A stretch of 64,000 nucleotides of DNA from contig OZ024764.1 in assembly GCA_964016885.1 (NCBI GenBank), forward strand, positions 7,068,001 through 7,132,000. The letters run 5' to 3'. A program made the position numbers and the translations under genes. The notes under the pieces were generated by a model. The model was not told the DNA's origin and did no database searches. It saw only the letters and a list, made by a program, of their open reading frames with translations. This DNA comes from Eledone cirrhosa (taxonomy: Eukaryota). Below are positions 12,110 through 25,170 of this stretch, piece after piece; positions within the stretch are counted from its first letter, which is position 1, and each line of letters begins with the position of its first letter.

Positions 12110-12463
12110 CCATTTCATTCATTCATTTCATTCATTCATTTCATTTTACGTCCGCTTTTTCCCTGCTTGCAAGGGTGGGACGGGAACTGATTCTGGCTTG
12201 ATTTCTACAGCTGGAAGCCCTTCCTAACACCAACCTCATTTACAGTGAGTGCTGGGTGCTTTTTTGCTGTGGCACCTGCACGACCACTTTGCAATGGAAT
12301 GATAGGGACTGGGGTCCCTATCATCTCACTTCTACAGCTGAGTAAACTGGAGCAATGTGAAATAAAGTGTCTTGCTCAAGGAAACAACACATCACCCGGT
12401 CTGAGAATTGAACTCACAACCTTTCGATTGCAAGGCCAATGCTCTAACCACTAAGCCATGTGC
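12110..12463 (-). mobile_element. SINE family A inserted in one arm of a fold-back element (11813-12510)
   Basis: Full SINE body with (TTCA)n tail. Flanks 11813-11935 mirror 12040-12110 plus 12464-12510. Confidence 0.8.
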
Positions 12464-12784
12464 CAATTTAACATTCTCCATACACATTGTGTTAGTCTTC
12501 AAATTTTAAATTCATATATAGAGCTCTGCTCTCTGGTCACAGACTGTTTTTATATATATATATTTTTAGCTGCAGCCAGAGCTTTGATTATGCTGTACTT
12601 CCATTTGTATATATATATATATATATAACGAGGGAAGTGTGGTAAGGAACCAGATGGACCATAACGCACCAGAGTACTCAATACTTAGGGTAGTAGAGTG
12701 GGTAATAGAGAAATAGCTGTCGAAACGGCTTGAGCTCTGCCATCGGGGTTAAACATTTTCCCATATATATATATACACATATGT

Positions 12785-13254
12785 GATGGCTGCAAACTCT
12801 GCTAAGAGTATTGCAATCGGTGGTCAGATTACAGAAAACGGTGCATCTTTAGGCTACGGCCAGCCACACAGACCTGTAACATAACCTGAACAAGCAATGC
12901 CTGTGCTTTGAAGGTGGTGAAAGGCCTTGCCCTCAACCAATCCCACTCTCTGAGCATCGAAAACACTACCTGTAAAGGAGAACTGGTCAACATCATCGGA
13001 TGTTGTAGAAGCCGCAGGTTTTATTTTCAGAGTTCCCCTCTCCTAGAAAGATGTTGTGACAACAACTAGGAGCCTTTCACTCCCAGGTGGAAAAAAAAAA
13101 AAGTACTATTTGGATGGCCGTTGACTCTGCTGACTTCCTTCACCCTTTGCCAGGTCTTGTATTTCATCCTGTAGGGTGTCCAAATATCACCCTCCTCACC
13201 AAGCTAGCTTGGTGGGGGATGTCGGTTTAGTCGCCGATGACCCAACCATGAGAC

Positions 13255-13255
<1 letters not shown>
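12785..13255 (-). mobile_element. Probable LINE (RTE-type) 5' UTR fragment
   Basis: GC-richer island with a ctaggagaggggaactctga-type motif on the minus strand, recalled from RTE 5' UTRs. Not verified. Confidence 0.35.
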
Positions 13256-13289
<34 letters not shown>

Positions 13290-13430
13290 GAAGGTATATT
13301 TAATTTGTTGGGATTCCAACAAAGTTAAAAGTTTACAACTGATATAGAGCACTCAACATTCAATATATTAATAAATGGAGTAAATATTCAATATATTAAT
13401 AAATGGAAACTATATTTATAAAACCATAAT

Positions 13431-13495
13431 TATTTTATTATATATATTTCAAGGGCGACCAAGCCAATCTTGGTGCGCTTTCATCAGATAAAATA
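13431..13495 (-). ncRNA. Type I hammerhead ribozyme motif
   Basis: Exact mirror of 13660-13724, in fold-back element 13390-13768. Confidence 0.75.
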
Positions 13496-13659
13496 CAAAA
13501 TTTGTTTTATAAATAGTGACATAACCATGGAAAACTACCTTGACGGTTGAAAATTCTCTGGATAGTGAAAATTTATTAAGGGTAATTCAAAGTTATGTGT
13601 GAATATGCAAATGAATGTCCGAAAAATTGAAAAAACAACCATTTATTTAAATTACGCTG

Positions 13660-13724
13660 TATTTTATCTGATGAAAGCGCACCAAGATTGGCTTGGTCGC
13701 CCTTGAAATATATATAATAAAATA
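13660..13724 (+). ncRNA. Type I hammerhead ribozyme motif
   Basis: tattttat-CTGATGA-aa gcg c accaag attgg cttggt cgc cctt-GAAA-tatata-TA-ataaaata. Perfect 8-bp stem I. Confidence 0.75.
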
Positions 13725-13762
13725 ATTATGGTTTTATAAATATAGTTTCCATTTATTAATAT

Positions 13763-13824
<62 letters not shown>

Positions 13825-13863
13825 TACAAATATTAATAAAATAGATGTTCTTTTGATCAATTA

Positions 13864-13918
13864 CATTTTATTATACATATTTCGGATGTAAAACAGTACG
13901 TCCTCATCAGACAAAATA
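13864..13918 (-). ncRNA. Type I hammerhead ribozyme motif
   Basis: Mirror arm of the 13960 motif in fold-back 13816-14063: CTGATGA ggacgta...tacatcc GAAA tatgta TA. Confidence 0.7.
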
Positions 13919-13959
13919 TAATGATACATGACATACCCTGAGATGTTAAATGGTTATTA

Positions 13960-14014
13960 TATTTTGTCTGATGAGGACGTACTGCTGTACATCCGAAATA
14001 TGTATAATAAAATG
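13960..14014 (+). ncRNA. Type I hammerhead ribozyme motif (distinct family)
   Basis: tattttgt-CTGATGA-gga c gtac tgct gtac a tcc-GAAA-tatgta-TA-ataaaatg. Confidence 0.8.
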
Positions 14015-14176
14015 TAATTGATCAAAAGAACATCTATTTTATTAATATTTGTATTTTAATATTAATAACTCTGGAAAATTATTTTTTGCCGTAGAGTGCT
14101 TCCAATCTACTGTAAAACTCATTCTTTGATGTACTCATTGAATCTTGTTTAACACTTTAATAAATGAAAAGCATAT

Positions 14177-14525
14177 GGAGGCATATGGCTTAGTGGTTAG
14201 AGCATTGGCCTTGCAATCGAAAGGGTTGTGAGTTCAATTCTCAGACCGGGTGATGTGTTGTTTCCTTGAGCAAGACACTTTATTTCACATTGCTCCAGTT
14301 TACTCAGCTGTAGAAATGAGATGATAGGGACTGGGGTCCCTATCATTCCACTGCAAAGTGGTCGTGGAGGTGCCACGGCAAAATGGCACCCAGCACTCAC
14401 TGTAAATGAGGTTGGTGTTAGGAAGGGCATCCAGCTGTAGAAATCAAGCCAGAATCAGTTCCCGTCCCACCCTTGCAAGCAGGGAAAAAGCGGACGTAAA
14501 ATTAAATGAAATGAATGAAATGAAA
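14177..14525 (+). mobile_element. Full-length SINE family A
   Basis: tRNA-like head with boxes A/B, CORE-like domain, 11-bp hairpin ATGATAGGGAC-TGGG-GTCCCTATCAT, RTE-like tail, (GAAAT)n end. Confidence 0.85.
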
Positions 14526-14807
14526 AGCATAGAAATTATTGTAGCAAGAAGCCAACAGTATTCCATAATATATATACTGCATGTCAGTGTATAATACGTT
14601 GGTACATAAGCCAAGTATATTTGAAATTTATGACGTGAAATTAACTCAGTGACTGAGTATTTAGCAGTTGTTGTTACTGTTGCTGTTGTTGTTGCTGTTA
14701 CTGTTGTTGTTGTTACTGTTGTTGTTGTTGTTGTTACTGTTGTTGTTGTTTTGTTACTGTTGTTGTTGTTTTGTTACTGTTGCTGTTGCTGTTATTGCTA
14801 TTGTTGT

Positions 14808-15023
14808 CAGACGGTGAATTAGCAGTTATCTCTAGTGTCGGACACCATGCTTCACGGCATAGAGTTGTGTCCCTTTACGTTCTCGGTTCACATCCTGCCG
14901 AATCTGGCTTTGCCTCTCATCCTTACAAGAGTCGATAAAATAAAGTAGCAGTAATGCACTGGGGGTCAATTTAACTGACTTTCCCCTCCTCAAAATCGCT
15001 GGCCCTGTACCAAAAGTAGAAAC
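14808..15023 (+). mobile_element. SINE family B (diverged)
   Basis: Similar to the copy at 23002-23190. Confidence 0.65.
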
Positions 15024-15044
15024 TGTTGTTCTGCTGTTGTTGCT

Positions 15045-15455
15045 GTGTATTGTCTCCTTAAGCAAGACACTTTATTTCACATTGCTCCAGTCCACTGTGT
15101 CCTTGAGCAAGACACTTTATTTCACATTGCTCCAGTCCACTGTGTCCTTGAGCAAGACACTTTATTTCACATTGCTCCAGTCCACTGTGTCCTTGAGCAA
15201 GACACTTTATTTCACGTTGCTCCAGTCCACTGTGTCCTTGAGCAAGACACTTTATTTCACGTTGCTCCAGTCCACTGTGTCCTTGAGCAAGACACTTTAT
15301 TTCACATTGCTCCAGTCCACTGTGTCCTTGAGCAAGACACTTTATTTCACGTTGCTCCAGTCCACTGTGTCCTTGAGCAAGACACTTTATTTCACGTTGC
15401 TCCAGTCCACTGTGTCCTTGAGCAAGACACTTTATTTCACGTTGCTCCAGTTCAC
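15045..15455. repeat. 45-bp tandem repeat x9 derived from the SINE CORE-like domain
   Basis: Unit tccactgtgtccttgagcaagacactttatttcac(a/g)ttgctccag; period 45. Confidence 0.9.
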
Positions 15456-15551
15456 TCAGAAATGAGTTGCGATGTCACTGGTGCCAAGCTTTATCAGTCA
15501 TTGTCTTTCCCTTGGACAATATCATATCTAATGTGTATCTACATTAAATAT

Positions 15552-16625
15552 GCTGCCACCATGCCACCTCTGAGGCTGTGTCCCCATTAGTGCTATAGAA
15601 ACCACAAGCAATCACTAATAACAGGGACCACAAGCTCTCCTATCCCGATTTGCTGTCCACTGCCATCGTGCCACCTCTGAGGCTGTGTCCCCATTAGTGC
15701 TATAGAAACCACAAGCAGTCACTAATAACAGGGGACACAAGCTCTCCTATCCCAATTTGCTGGCCACTGCCATTGTGTCACCTCTGAGGCTGTGTCCCCA
15801 TTAGTGCTATAGAAACCACAAGCAGTCACTAATAACAGGGGCCACAAGCTCTCCTATCCCAATTTGCTGGCCACTGCCATCGTGCCACCTCTGAGGCTGT
15901 GTCCCCATTAGTGCTCTAGAAACCACAAGTAGTCACTAATAACAGGGGCCACAAGCTCTCCTATCCCAATTTGCTGGCCACTGCCACCATGCCACCTCTG
16001 AGGCTGTGTCCCCATTAGTGCTATAGAAACCACAAGTAGTCACTAATAACAGGGGCCACAAGCTCTCCTATCCCAATTTGCTGGCCACTGCCACCATGCC
16101 ACCTCTGAGGCTGTGTCCCCATTAGTGCTATAGAAACCACAAGTAGTCACTAATAACAGGGGCCACAAGCTCTCCTATCCCGATTTGCTGGCCACTGCCA
16201 TCATGCCACCTCTGAGGCTGTGTCCCCATTAGTGCTATAGAAACCACAAGCAGTCACTAATAACAGGGGCCACAAGCTCTCCTATCCCAATTTGCTGGCC
16301 ACTGCCATCGTGCCACCTCTGAGGCTGTGTCCCCATTAGTGCTCTAGAAACCACAAGTAGTCACTAATAACAGGGGCCACAAGCTCTCCTATCCCAATTT
16401 GCTGGCCACTGCCATCATGCCACCTCTGAGGCTGTGTCCCCATTAGTGCTATAGAAACCACAAGCAGTCACTAATAACAGGGGCCACAAGCTCTCCTATC
16501 CCGATGTCATTTCCAGAGATTCTGGTATTGAAATCCAGGACTTGGCAACGGCAATGAACGACAGACCCACGTGGAGATCAATTGTTGAGTCCATTTCAGC
16601 TGAGGCCACCAGATGATGATGATGA
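15552..16625 (+). mobile_element. LINE 3' end containing about 9 copies of a 107-bp ORF2-derived repeat
   Basis: The unit encodes FAGHCHRATSEAVSPLVL*KPQAVTNNRGHKLSYP. It is followed by DVISRDSGIEIQDLATAMNDRPTWRSIV and a (GAT)n tail. Confidence 0.85.
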
Positions 16626-17117
16626 TATATATTTATCGGTAAAACAGAGTACCAGTCATACGCTGAGATTGATCTAACCATAATTTCCAAATTACTACTC
16701 ATCTGTCTAATTTAAAAAAAAACAAAACAATTATTATAGTGTGGGTGGTGGATTGGAATAATCAGTAGATCATCAGACACCATGCTTTGCAGTATATTGT
16801 TACGTCCCTTTATGTTGTGAGTTTATATCTCACTGAGGTCTGCTTTGCCTTATGGGCTCAATCAAATGAAGTAGCAGTAATGCACTGGGGTCGATGCAAT
16901 GAAATCTCCCCTTCCCAAAATTGCTGGCCTTGTGCCTAAATAAAAAACCAGTCCTATTTTCTTTCATTGAGTGCCGTCACCGCAATACTGAGCACTGCTG
17001 TGTGTTCCTAGGACTGGTGCAGTGTTATGCTTTTGGTGTTGTTTCTATGTTATTGAAAGTACTCTATGTAATGTGATGTGTGCAGTGCCTAGTAGTGCTA
17101 TTTTCTGTTTGTTGTAT

Positions 17118-17862
17118 ATCATCATCATCACCGTTTTACGTCCATTCTTCCACGCTAGCATGGGTTAGACGAGTTATCCTGTTGTGGGCAGTGTCCGGTC
17201 GGTTGACCTTGACTTGCTCATACAGGAACTGATTCTGGCTTGATTTCTACAGCTGGATGCCCTTCCTAACACCAACCTCATTTACAGTGAGTGCTGGGTG
17301 CTTTTTTTTACGTGGCGCCTCCACGACCAGTTTGCAGTGGAAGGGGGTGGGGGCATATTGTCTATATGCTTCAGCTTTGGCTTGATCCCGTGTGTGTGGG
17401 GGGGGGGCGGGGCGGGGGCGGTCTTCTGTATTACTGCGTGACGCCAGAGGTCACGGTCATATGTCATCACCTTTGAGAGGTGCAATTCGGTAATTATCGG
17501 CTTTTATCACCTCATCCCAAGTCATCTTGGGTCTCCCCACTCCGCGGTTTCCATCGACTTCTAGTGCTCTGCACCTTTTTATGCAGCTATCATCCTTCAT
17601 ACGCATCACATGTCCATACCAACGTAACCTCCTCTCCTTCACACAGCATTTGATTCTTCATATACTCAGTCTCTCTCTCAATTCATTTATGCTTTGCCAT
17701 TCACATATATTACTATTACACATCCATGAGAACATGCAGGCTTCATTTCTTTCTAATCTATGCAAGTCTTCTGCACACAACGCCCAGGTCTCACTACCAT
17801 GTAACATTGCTGTTCGTATACACGCATCATACAGCCTGCCTTTCATTTTGAGGGAGAAGCCT
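17118..17862 (-). mobile_element. RTE LINE 3' fragment
   Basis: [27 protein letters not shown]...RLRWYGHV, followed by 3' UTR. Confidence 0.85.
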
Positions 17863-17921
17863 TTATATATATATATATGTACACATATATATACATATAT
17901 ATCTATACATATATACACACA

Positions 17922-17971
<50 letters not shown>

Positions 17972-18006
17972 TATATATATATATACACACATATATATAT
18001 ATATAT

Positions 18007-18045
<39 letters not shown>

Positions 18046-18092
18046 TATATATATATACACACATATATATATATATATACACATATATATAT

Positions 18093-18605
<513 letters not shown>

Positions 18606-19130
18606 TTTACATTCATTTGATTTATTGATTTATTATCTGAGTGTCCCGAATCTTCCAGATCGCATTTTTTCGGTTGTATGGTTGATTATAGACTTGTTCT
18701 ATGTGTGACGGTATTTTAACGATAGTTATAGCTCTGATTTATCTAAATTATTGAGCCCTCTGCCGCTCATATCGAATTTTGTTTATCGTGAACTCGTGCG
18801 CCGATTTTTCGATACTCGATTATTCTACTATATATATATACATATATAGTATTAAGGATACTATTTATGGTTATGTATATACTAAAACCTTTTATAGTTA
18901 TATATATTTTATACCCTAAATAGTGAAAGACAGTAATTTATTACTACCTTATTACCAGTAAGATAAATAGCTCAATGTAACAACATCAGTTGTTTTACAG
19001 AGCAGTTATATAGAAATTACATGAATCAAAGTTCTGTTTAAATCATTTATTCGCTTACAATTGTTTCTTCCAAATCGAGGTTTGGAGTCTTTGGAGCAAT
19101 TTTTCAATGATTTTTTACATACTTGTAAAA

Positions 19131-19183
19131 ATTGCTCCGAAGACTCCAAACCTCGGTTTGGAAGAAACAATTGTAAGCGAATA
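19131..19183 (+). ncRNA. Hammerhead motif (4155 family, U4C variant)
   Basis: tgct-CCGAAGA-ctccaaac ctcg gtttggaa-GAAA-caattg-TA-agcg. Lies in fold-back 19005-19228. Confidence 0.55.
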
Positions 19184-19232
19184 AATGATTTAAACAGAAC
19201 TTTGATTCATGTAATTTCTATATAATTTCTAT

Positions 19233-19740
<508 letters not shown>

Positions 19741-20007
19741 AAAAGTGTGAAAAATATTACCCCAGAGTTGCAAGTAGGGAAAAGTGGACGTAAAATGATG
19801 ATGATGATGATGATGTAAGTCCCGAATTACTCTGTGTGGTACCTAGTAGTGTTATTTTCTCTGTCAGTGTTTTTGTATTATTCCCAGAGCCCTGTTGTTA
19901 CAGTAATTGTTTGTTTTTTATATTACTGTCCTGTGTGGTCCTGAATGTTTTCTTAATGTGAGCCCTTCATGGCTAATAAAGAAATCATCATTGTTGTTAT
20001 CCTTATT

Positions 20008-20229
20008 GGCAGTGGATTTGGCAGAATCGGTATCGCGTCAAATAAAATGCTTTGCAGCATAGAGTTACGGCCCTTTACAGTCTAAGTTCTAATCCCACCA
20101 AAGTTAACTTTGCCTTTCATCCTTACGGGGGGGGGGGGGTCGATAAAATAAAGTACCAGTAATGTACTGGGGTCGATTTAATCAACTTTACCCTCCCTCC
20201 AAACTACTGGCCTTGTGCCTATACTAGAA

Positions 20230-20275
<46 letters not shown>
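20008..20275 (+). mobile_element. SINE family B with (ATT)n tail
   Basis: Homologous to 23002-23190. Confidence 0.7.
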
Positions 20276-20276
<1 letters not shown>

Positions 20277-20634
20277 AATATTCTATTTGTTTTCCAATAT
20301 TTTACTGGGTTTTTTTTTTCGTTTTTTTTTTTTGTAAAATATGTTTTGTGTAAAGTTTGTAAAAATAATTAAAAAATTGAAATTATTTGAGTGAATAAAC
20401 AGATCCAATATATGAGTAAAAGTGTTTTTAATATTGTTGATGGATAGAGGGGGACTGTTTGGGGAGGACGGCTTCCTGTGTTCAATCTCACTGGACAGCA
20501 ACGCCCTCTGTAAGAGTCTCTCTCTCTGCTCTCTCTCTCACTCTCTCTCTCTCTGTCTCATTCTCTCTCATATATATATATATATATATATCAATGATAT
20601 TAATAAATGGAAACTATATTTATAAAACCATATT

Positions 20635-20695
20635 TATTCTATTATATATATTTCAAGGGTACCAAAACTTTGGTACGCCTTCATCAGATAAAATA
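20635..20695 (-). ncRNA. Type I hammerhead ribozyme motif
   Basis: Minus strand reads tattttat-CTGATGA-agg cg taccaaa gt tttggta cc ctt-GAAA-tatata-TA-atagaata. Confidence 0.8.
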
Positions 20696-21191
20696 CAAAA
20701 TTTGTTTTATAAATAGGGACGTACCCAGGAATCAGATCTTAACGGTTCAGGTTCCGTTTGGATAGTGAGAAGAAAGAGGAAAAAATAAGTCAAAAAGAGG
20801 AAGAGAGGAAAAAAGAAGAAATATTTCCAATTATTTTGATGAATATGCAAATGAAGTTGAAGCGTAGGGCTGAAAAAAATCATTATTTTTAGATGCTAGG
20901 TACATTTAAATAATTATTAGGATATATAAATAGGAAGAAGAAAGAGCAGCTTATATTAAAGTGTATGTGAATTTACAAATTAAAACGTTAAAAATTAAAA
21001 GTTTGTTGAAGCAGTAGAATATCAATCCATGTAATAACCTCTTCACAACAGCTCTTAATACCTTGCTATCTTTATAATATAATATCATTTTGTTACTGTT
21101 GCTTTTCAATATGATGTCACTGTCAATAGTAATGTATCTTTATGAATGTTCTGAGGACTAGGAATGTAATTACTTGTTTAAACATTGTGTA

Positions 21192-21238
21192 TGCTCTGAT
21201 GATTTCAGACAGTTGTCTGGAAGAAACGATCGTCAGCA
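21192..21238 (+). ncRNA. Type I hammerhead ribozyme motif (canonical core)
   Basis: tgct-CTGATGA-tttcagaca gt tgtctggaa-GAAA-cgatcg-TC-agca. GUC triplet. Confidence 0.85.
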
Positions 21239-21656
21239 ATTAAATGTATTAAGCAAAAATTTGATTGTTTTATATTTTATATAAATTATTACATAAAGTG
21301 AAAATAGTGAGCATATTATATAGAAAGTTATTCATAAAGGTAATTCAGGTGCAAAAAGATACCAAGTAAATACATATTACAGTAAAAAGATATCATACCA
21401 TTGAAAGGTGTAATAGTAAGGATATACGAAGCAAAATATACAGAATATTAGTAAAGGCTAATGAGAGGTAAAAATTAGAAAATGAATATACCAAGCTTAT
21501 TACATACAGAATGTTAAAAAATGTTTAAAATGTTTAAAATGCCATGCATTATGGTAAAAAAAATACGTAATGATAAGATGAATAAATGTTGTGTAATGCA
21601 AATAATATAAGGAAAATAAGATATGTTAGTATCATTCAAAAATGTTTATACTAGAG

Positions 21657-21715
21657 TTCAGTTCTGATGACTGAAAACAGATATATCTGCTTTCAAGAAA
21701 CCACTGGTAAATGAA
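21657..21715 (+). ncRNA. Type I hammerhead ribozyme motif
   Basis: ttca(g)tt-CTGATGA-c tgaaa a cagata tatctg c tttca a-GAAA-cca c tgg-TA-aatgaa. Confidence 0.7.
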
Positions 21716-22334
21716 ATAATTATCTTATGTTGTTTATTGCATATACTAGAGTTCATGTAGAAATGTTTATGCTGGGTGTAAAGCAAAGGTTTAATGTTTG
21801 GAATGTTTTTAATTCTAGTTGTAATCTATGTGAAATATATATAGTTTAAATATATGTATGAAGTAAACATTAATTCCATTCTTTTTGTTGCCATGTCAAT
21901 ATAAGTATAAAAAAGATATTATATAATACATTACTATATAAATATATATATATATATATAACAGCGATGAATTTGTTTTGCAAGGTTTTTTATATGAAAT
22001 TGTGTGTCGAAACAAATATTGTTATACTTAAGGAGGGTCATATTGTTGTAATAATATTGCCAGAAATAATAACAGAACACACTCACTGTTTCGTTGGTTT
22101 TCGCTTCTGTAACTTTTATATCTCAATAGTTAATTTATTTGGCAATCAATATTTATCATTAACTGACCAACGGTTAAAAATACAGAAATAAATATATAAA
22201 TATATATATATTGTCTAACAAAGTTCTTTCGTTGCACATCTGCAACATCATCAGTTGTGCTATTATCATGTTCCCTCCTATTGTATTGTAATGTTCACGC
22301 CATTTTTATTTCTCAGTTTCTCAGTTTTATCTAG

Positions 22335-22510
22335 GCTAGATCATATAACGGAAATAAAAGACCATGTGATCTTTGCGCCGCTGAAGCCCTGGAAATACTC
22401 TACGCCAATGACCACATCTTAAACAAAAAATCTGAGGCAATTTCGGCTTGTAAACACAAATTGCATAAAACCTTCCTGTTTTACAGCCCCACATTATACC
22501 CTAACAGATA
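22335..22510 (+). pseudogene. Penelope-like element ORF C-terminal fragment (Cys/His tail after GIY-YIG)
   Basis: Translates ARSYNGNKRPCDLCAAEALEILYANDHILNKKSEAISACKHK, fitting the CxLC..E..I...LNKxxE...CxH tail of PLE endonucleases. Confidence 0.65.
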
Positions 22511-23001
22511 GTACGGACAATACGCGGCTAATTTATGTCTTGATGTGGTAGCTAAGTATATTTTATGTTTACACCATTACTTATTTGTAGGTAAGTATAC
22601 CTTACCCGTATGTGTTGTGAAGGTACGTATACTTTCTCGTACGTATATTTGCTTGTATTTGTTATAGGTGTATATATTATATTATATATGCTGGTACTTG
22701 TGTATATGTGTATTTTGTGTTTGTGTGAGTATGTGGGTTTGTACGTATGTAGGGTGCGTGTATACGTGCACTTTGTGTTTTGGTTGACGTACATTTAGTG
22801 AACATATGTGTATTTACCTGTAGGTATGTGTGTGCATGCATTATATATATATTTATGTGTGCATATTTATATACGTTTATATAATTATATGTATACTCAC
22901 ATGCGTGGATGCGTGTATGTATATATTTAATTATTGTTGATTTCAATAACCTCTGTCATTTTTGTTCTACTAATTTATTTACATTATTCTTAACTCTGAA
23001 G

Positions 23002-23190
23002 ATGGCGGTGGATTGGCAGTATCGGTAGAGAGTCGGACGCCATACGTTCCAGCATAGTTACGTCCCTTTACGATCTGAGTTCAAATCCCGCCAAGGTTGA
23101 CTTTGCCTTTCATCCTTACGGGGTCGATAAAATAAAGTACCAGTAATGCACTGGGTAATTGCTGGCCTTGTGCCTAAAGTAGAAACAATT
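23002..23190 (+). mobile_element. SINE family B (Meta/MESC-like) with about 19-bp TSD
   Basis: TSD attattcttaactctgaag on both sides; box B GAGTTCAAATCC. Confidence 0.85.
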
Positions 23191-23837
23191 ATTCTTAACT
23201 CTGAAGCCGAGAATCATTCGGTTTCCTAAATAGAATATTAGTTTAATGACTTCATTTATACCATAAACGTGGTTTTGTCTTTGTGTGTAATTGTTCTGAT
23301 CGCTCCACATAATGACGTATTATTTTCGGTCATTGCCAGGGAATGTCTTCATGTCCAAAGTATCGTCTTCCTGATTTCCTTCGGTTGCAACTTTTTTTTC
23401 GAAATATTTACTTCTGCGTTCACAGATTGATTTTTTTTTTGTTTCAGAAGATCCCGTTAAGGGTGAAACCAGCTTAAACTTACTTTAATCTGTTATTTTA
23501 ATATATATTTAACATCTTTCTAGCGGGTCCGGGTGAGTTTTTTACATTCATTTAATTTATTAATTTATTGATATTTTATTTGAGTGACCCGAATCTTCCT
23601 GGTCGTTCTTTTTCGGCTGCACGGGTGATTTTAGGCATGATCTCTATGTGTTGGTATTTTAACGATAGTTATAGCTCTGATTTATCCAAATTATTGAGCC
23701 CTCTGCCACTCATGTCGGATATTGTTTATCGTGATTTCGTGGGCTGATATTCCGATTCTCGATTATTCTACTATATATATATATATATATATATACAATA
23801 TTAAATAAATGGAAAACTATATTTATAAAACCATATT

Positions 23838-23903
23838 TATTTCATTATATATATTTCGGGGATATCATATTAACAATATGCTATGCCTTCATCAGACAAA
23901 ATA
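23838..23903 (-). ncRNA. Type I hammerhead ribozyme motif
   Basis: Minus strand reads tattttgt-CTGATGA-agg c ata g catatt gtt aatatg a tat cccc-GAAA-tatata-TA-atgaaata. Confidence 0.65.
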
Positions 23904-24418
23904 CAATATAAACAGTTTTATAGATAAATATATTCGACATACCGTAATAAACATCGACTTCATTTGAAGAGGTTTACGCTAGCAGTGAAAATTTTATACA
24001 GAGAGAAAGAAAGAGAGAAAAAAAGAGAGAAAAAAGAAAGAAAGACAAAGCGAAGAAAAGGAAGAAAAAGAAGAAAAAGAAAAAGAAGAAATGCAGAAAT
24101 GCATGGAACAAAATAGAGAGATGGAAAAATAGATAAAGCGAAGAGCTTCATGTAAAGAAACAGAAAGAGATATATATAGAGAGAGAGGAAATAGAGATAG
24201 ATACATAAATATATATAGAAAATTAGGTAGTGGGAGGTCATTTTGAGTAAGTGTATCAATGATACATTTATTTATTTATTTATTTATTTATTTAGCTCAA
24301 GTATTAATGTAAGGGAGATATATATATATATATATATGCAAAGGTTTTATTTAAAATTGTTGGGTTACAACAAGTAAATATTTTATAACTGATATAAAGC
24401 ACTCGACAGGTTTTTGGA

Positions 24419-24458
<40 letters not shown>

Positions 24459-24509
24459 TATATATATATACATATATATATACACTATATATATATGTAT
24501 ATTTATATA

Positions 24510-24559
<50 letters not shown>

Positions 24560-24598
24560 TATATATGTATATATATATATATATATATAGTGTGTATA

Positions 24599-24656
<58 letters not shown>

Positions 24657-24834
24657 GTGTGTATATATATGTATATATATATATATATATGTATGTATAT
24701 ATATATATATATATATAGTGTATATATATATATAGTATATATATATATATATATATTTGTATATATATATACACTATATATGTATATATATACATTATAT
24801 ATGTAAATATATACACTATATATATATATAGCCT

Positions 24835-25090
24835 CTGCCCTTCTAAAATCCCGGAGAGCTCAATTTGCTGGCCACTGTCACCTTGCCAGCAATGAAATCA
24901 TATCCGCTCTCTTGCTCTGGAACCCTGACTCCAGCCTGACTAGGAGTAGGAAGCTGTCATTCCCTGACGTTATCTCTAGGGATACGGGAATCAACAGACA
25001 GGACCTGGGGGCAGCGATGGGGGACAGGGAATTCTGGGGCATGAGGGTGAGATCCATCATCTCGACAGTAGTCGACAAATGATGATGATG
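24835..25090 (+). mobile_element. LINE (RTE-X-like) ORF2 3' end
   Basis: [20 protein letters not shown]...KLSFPDVISRDTG, followed by a (GAT)n tail. Confidence 0.7.
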
Positions 25091-25109
25091 ATATATATAT
25101 ATATATACA

Positions 25110-25170
<61 letters not shown>

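Noticed and set aside
14177-14250. tRNA gene
   Set aside because: Boxes A/B are present, but there is no complete cloverleaf or terminator and it continues into the SINE body in multiple copies.
22050-22262. Minus-strand CTGATGA...GAAA hammerhead candidate
   Set aside because: No convincing stem III or UH cleavage triplet.
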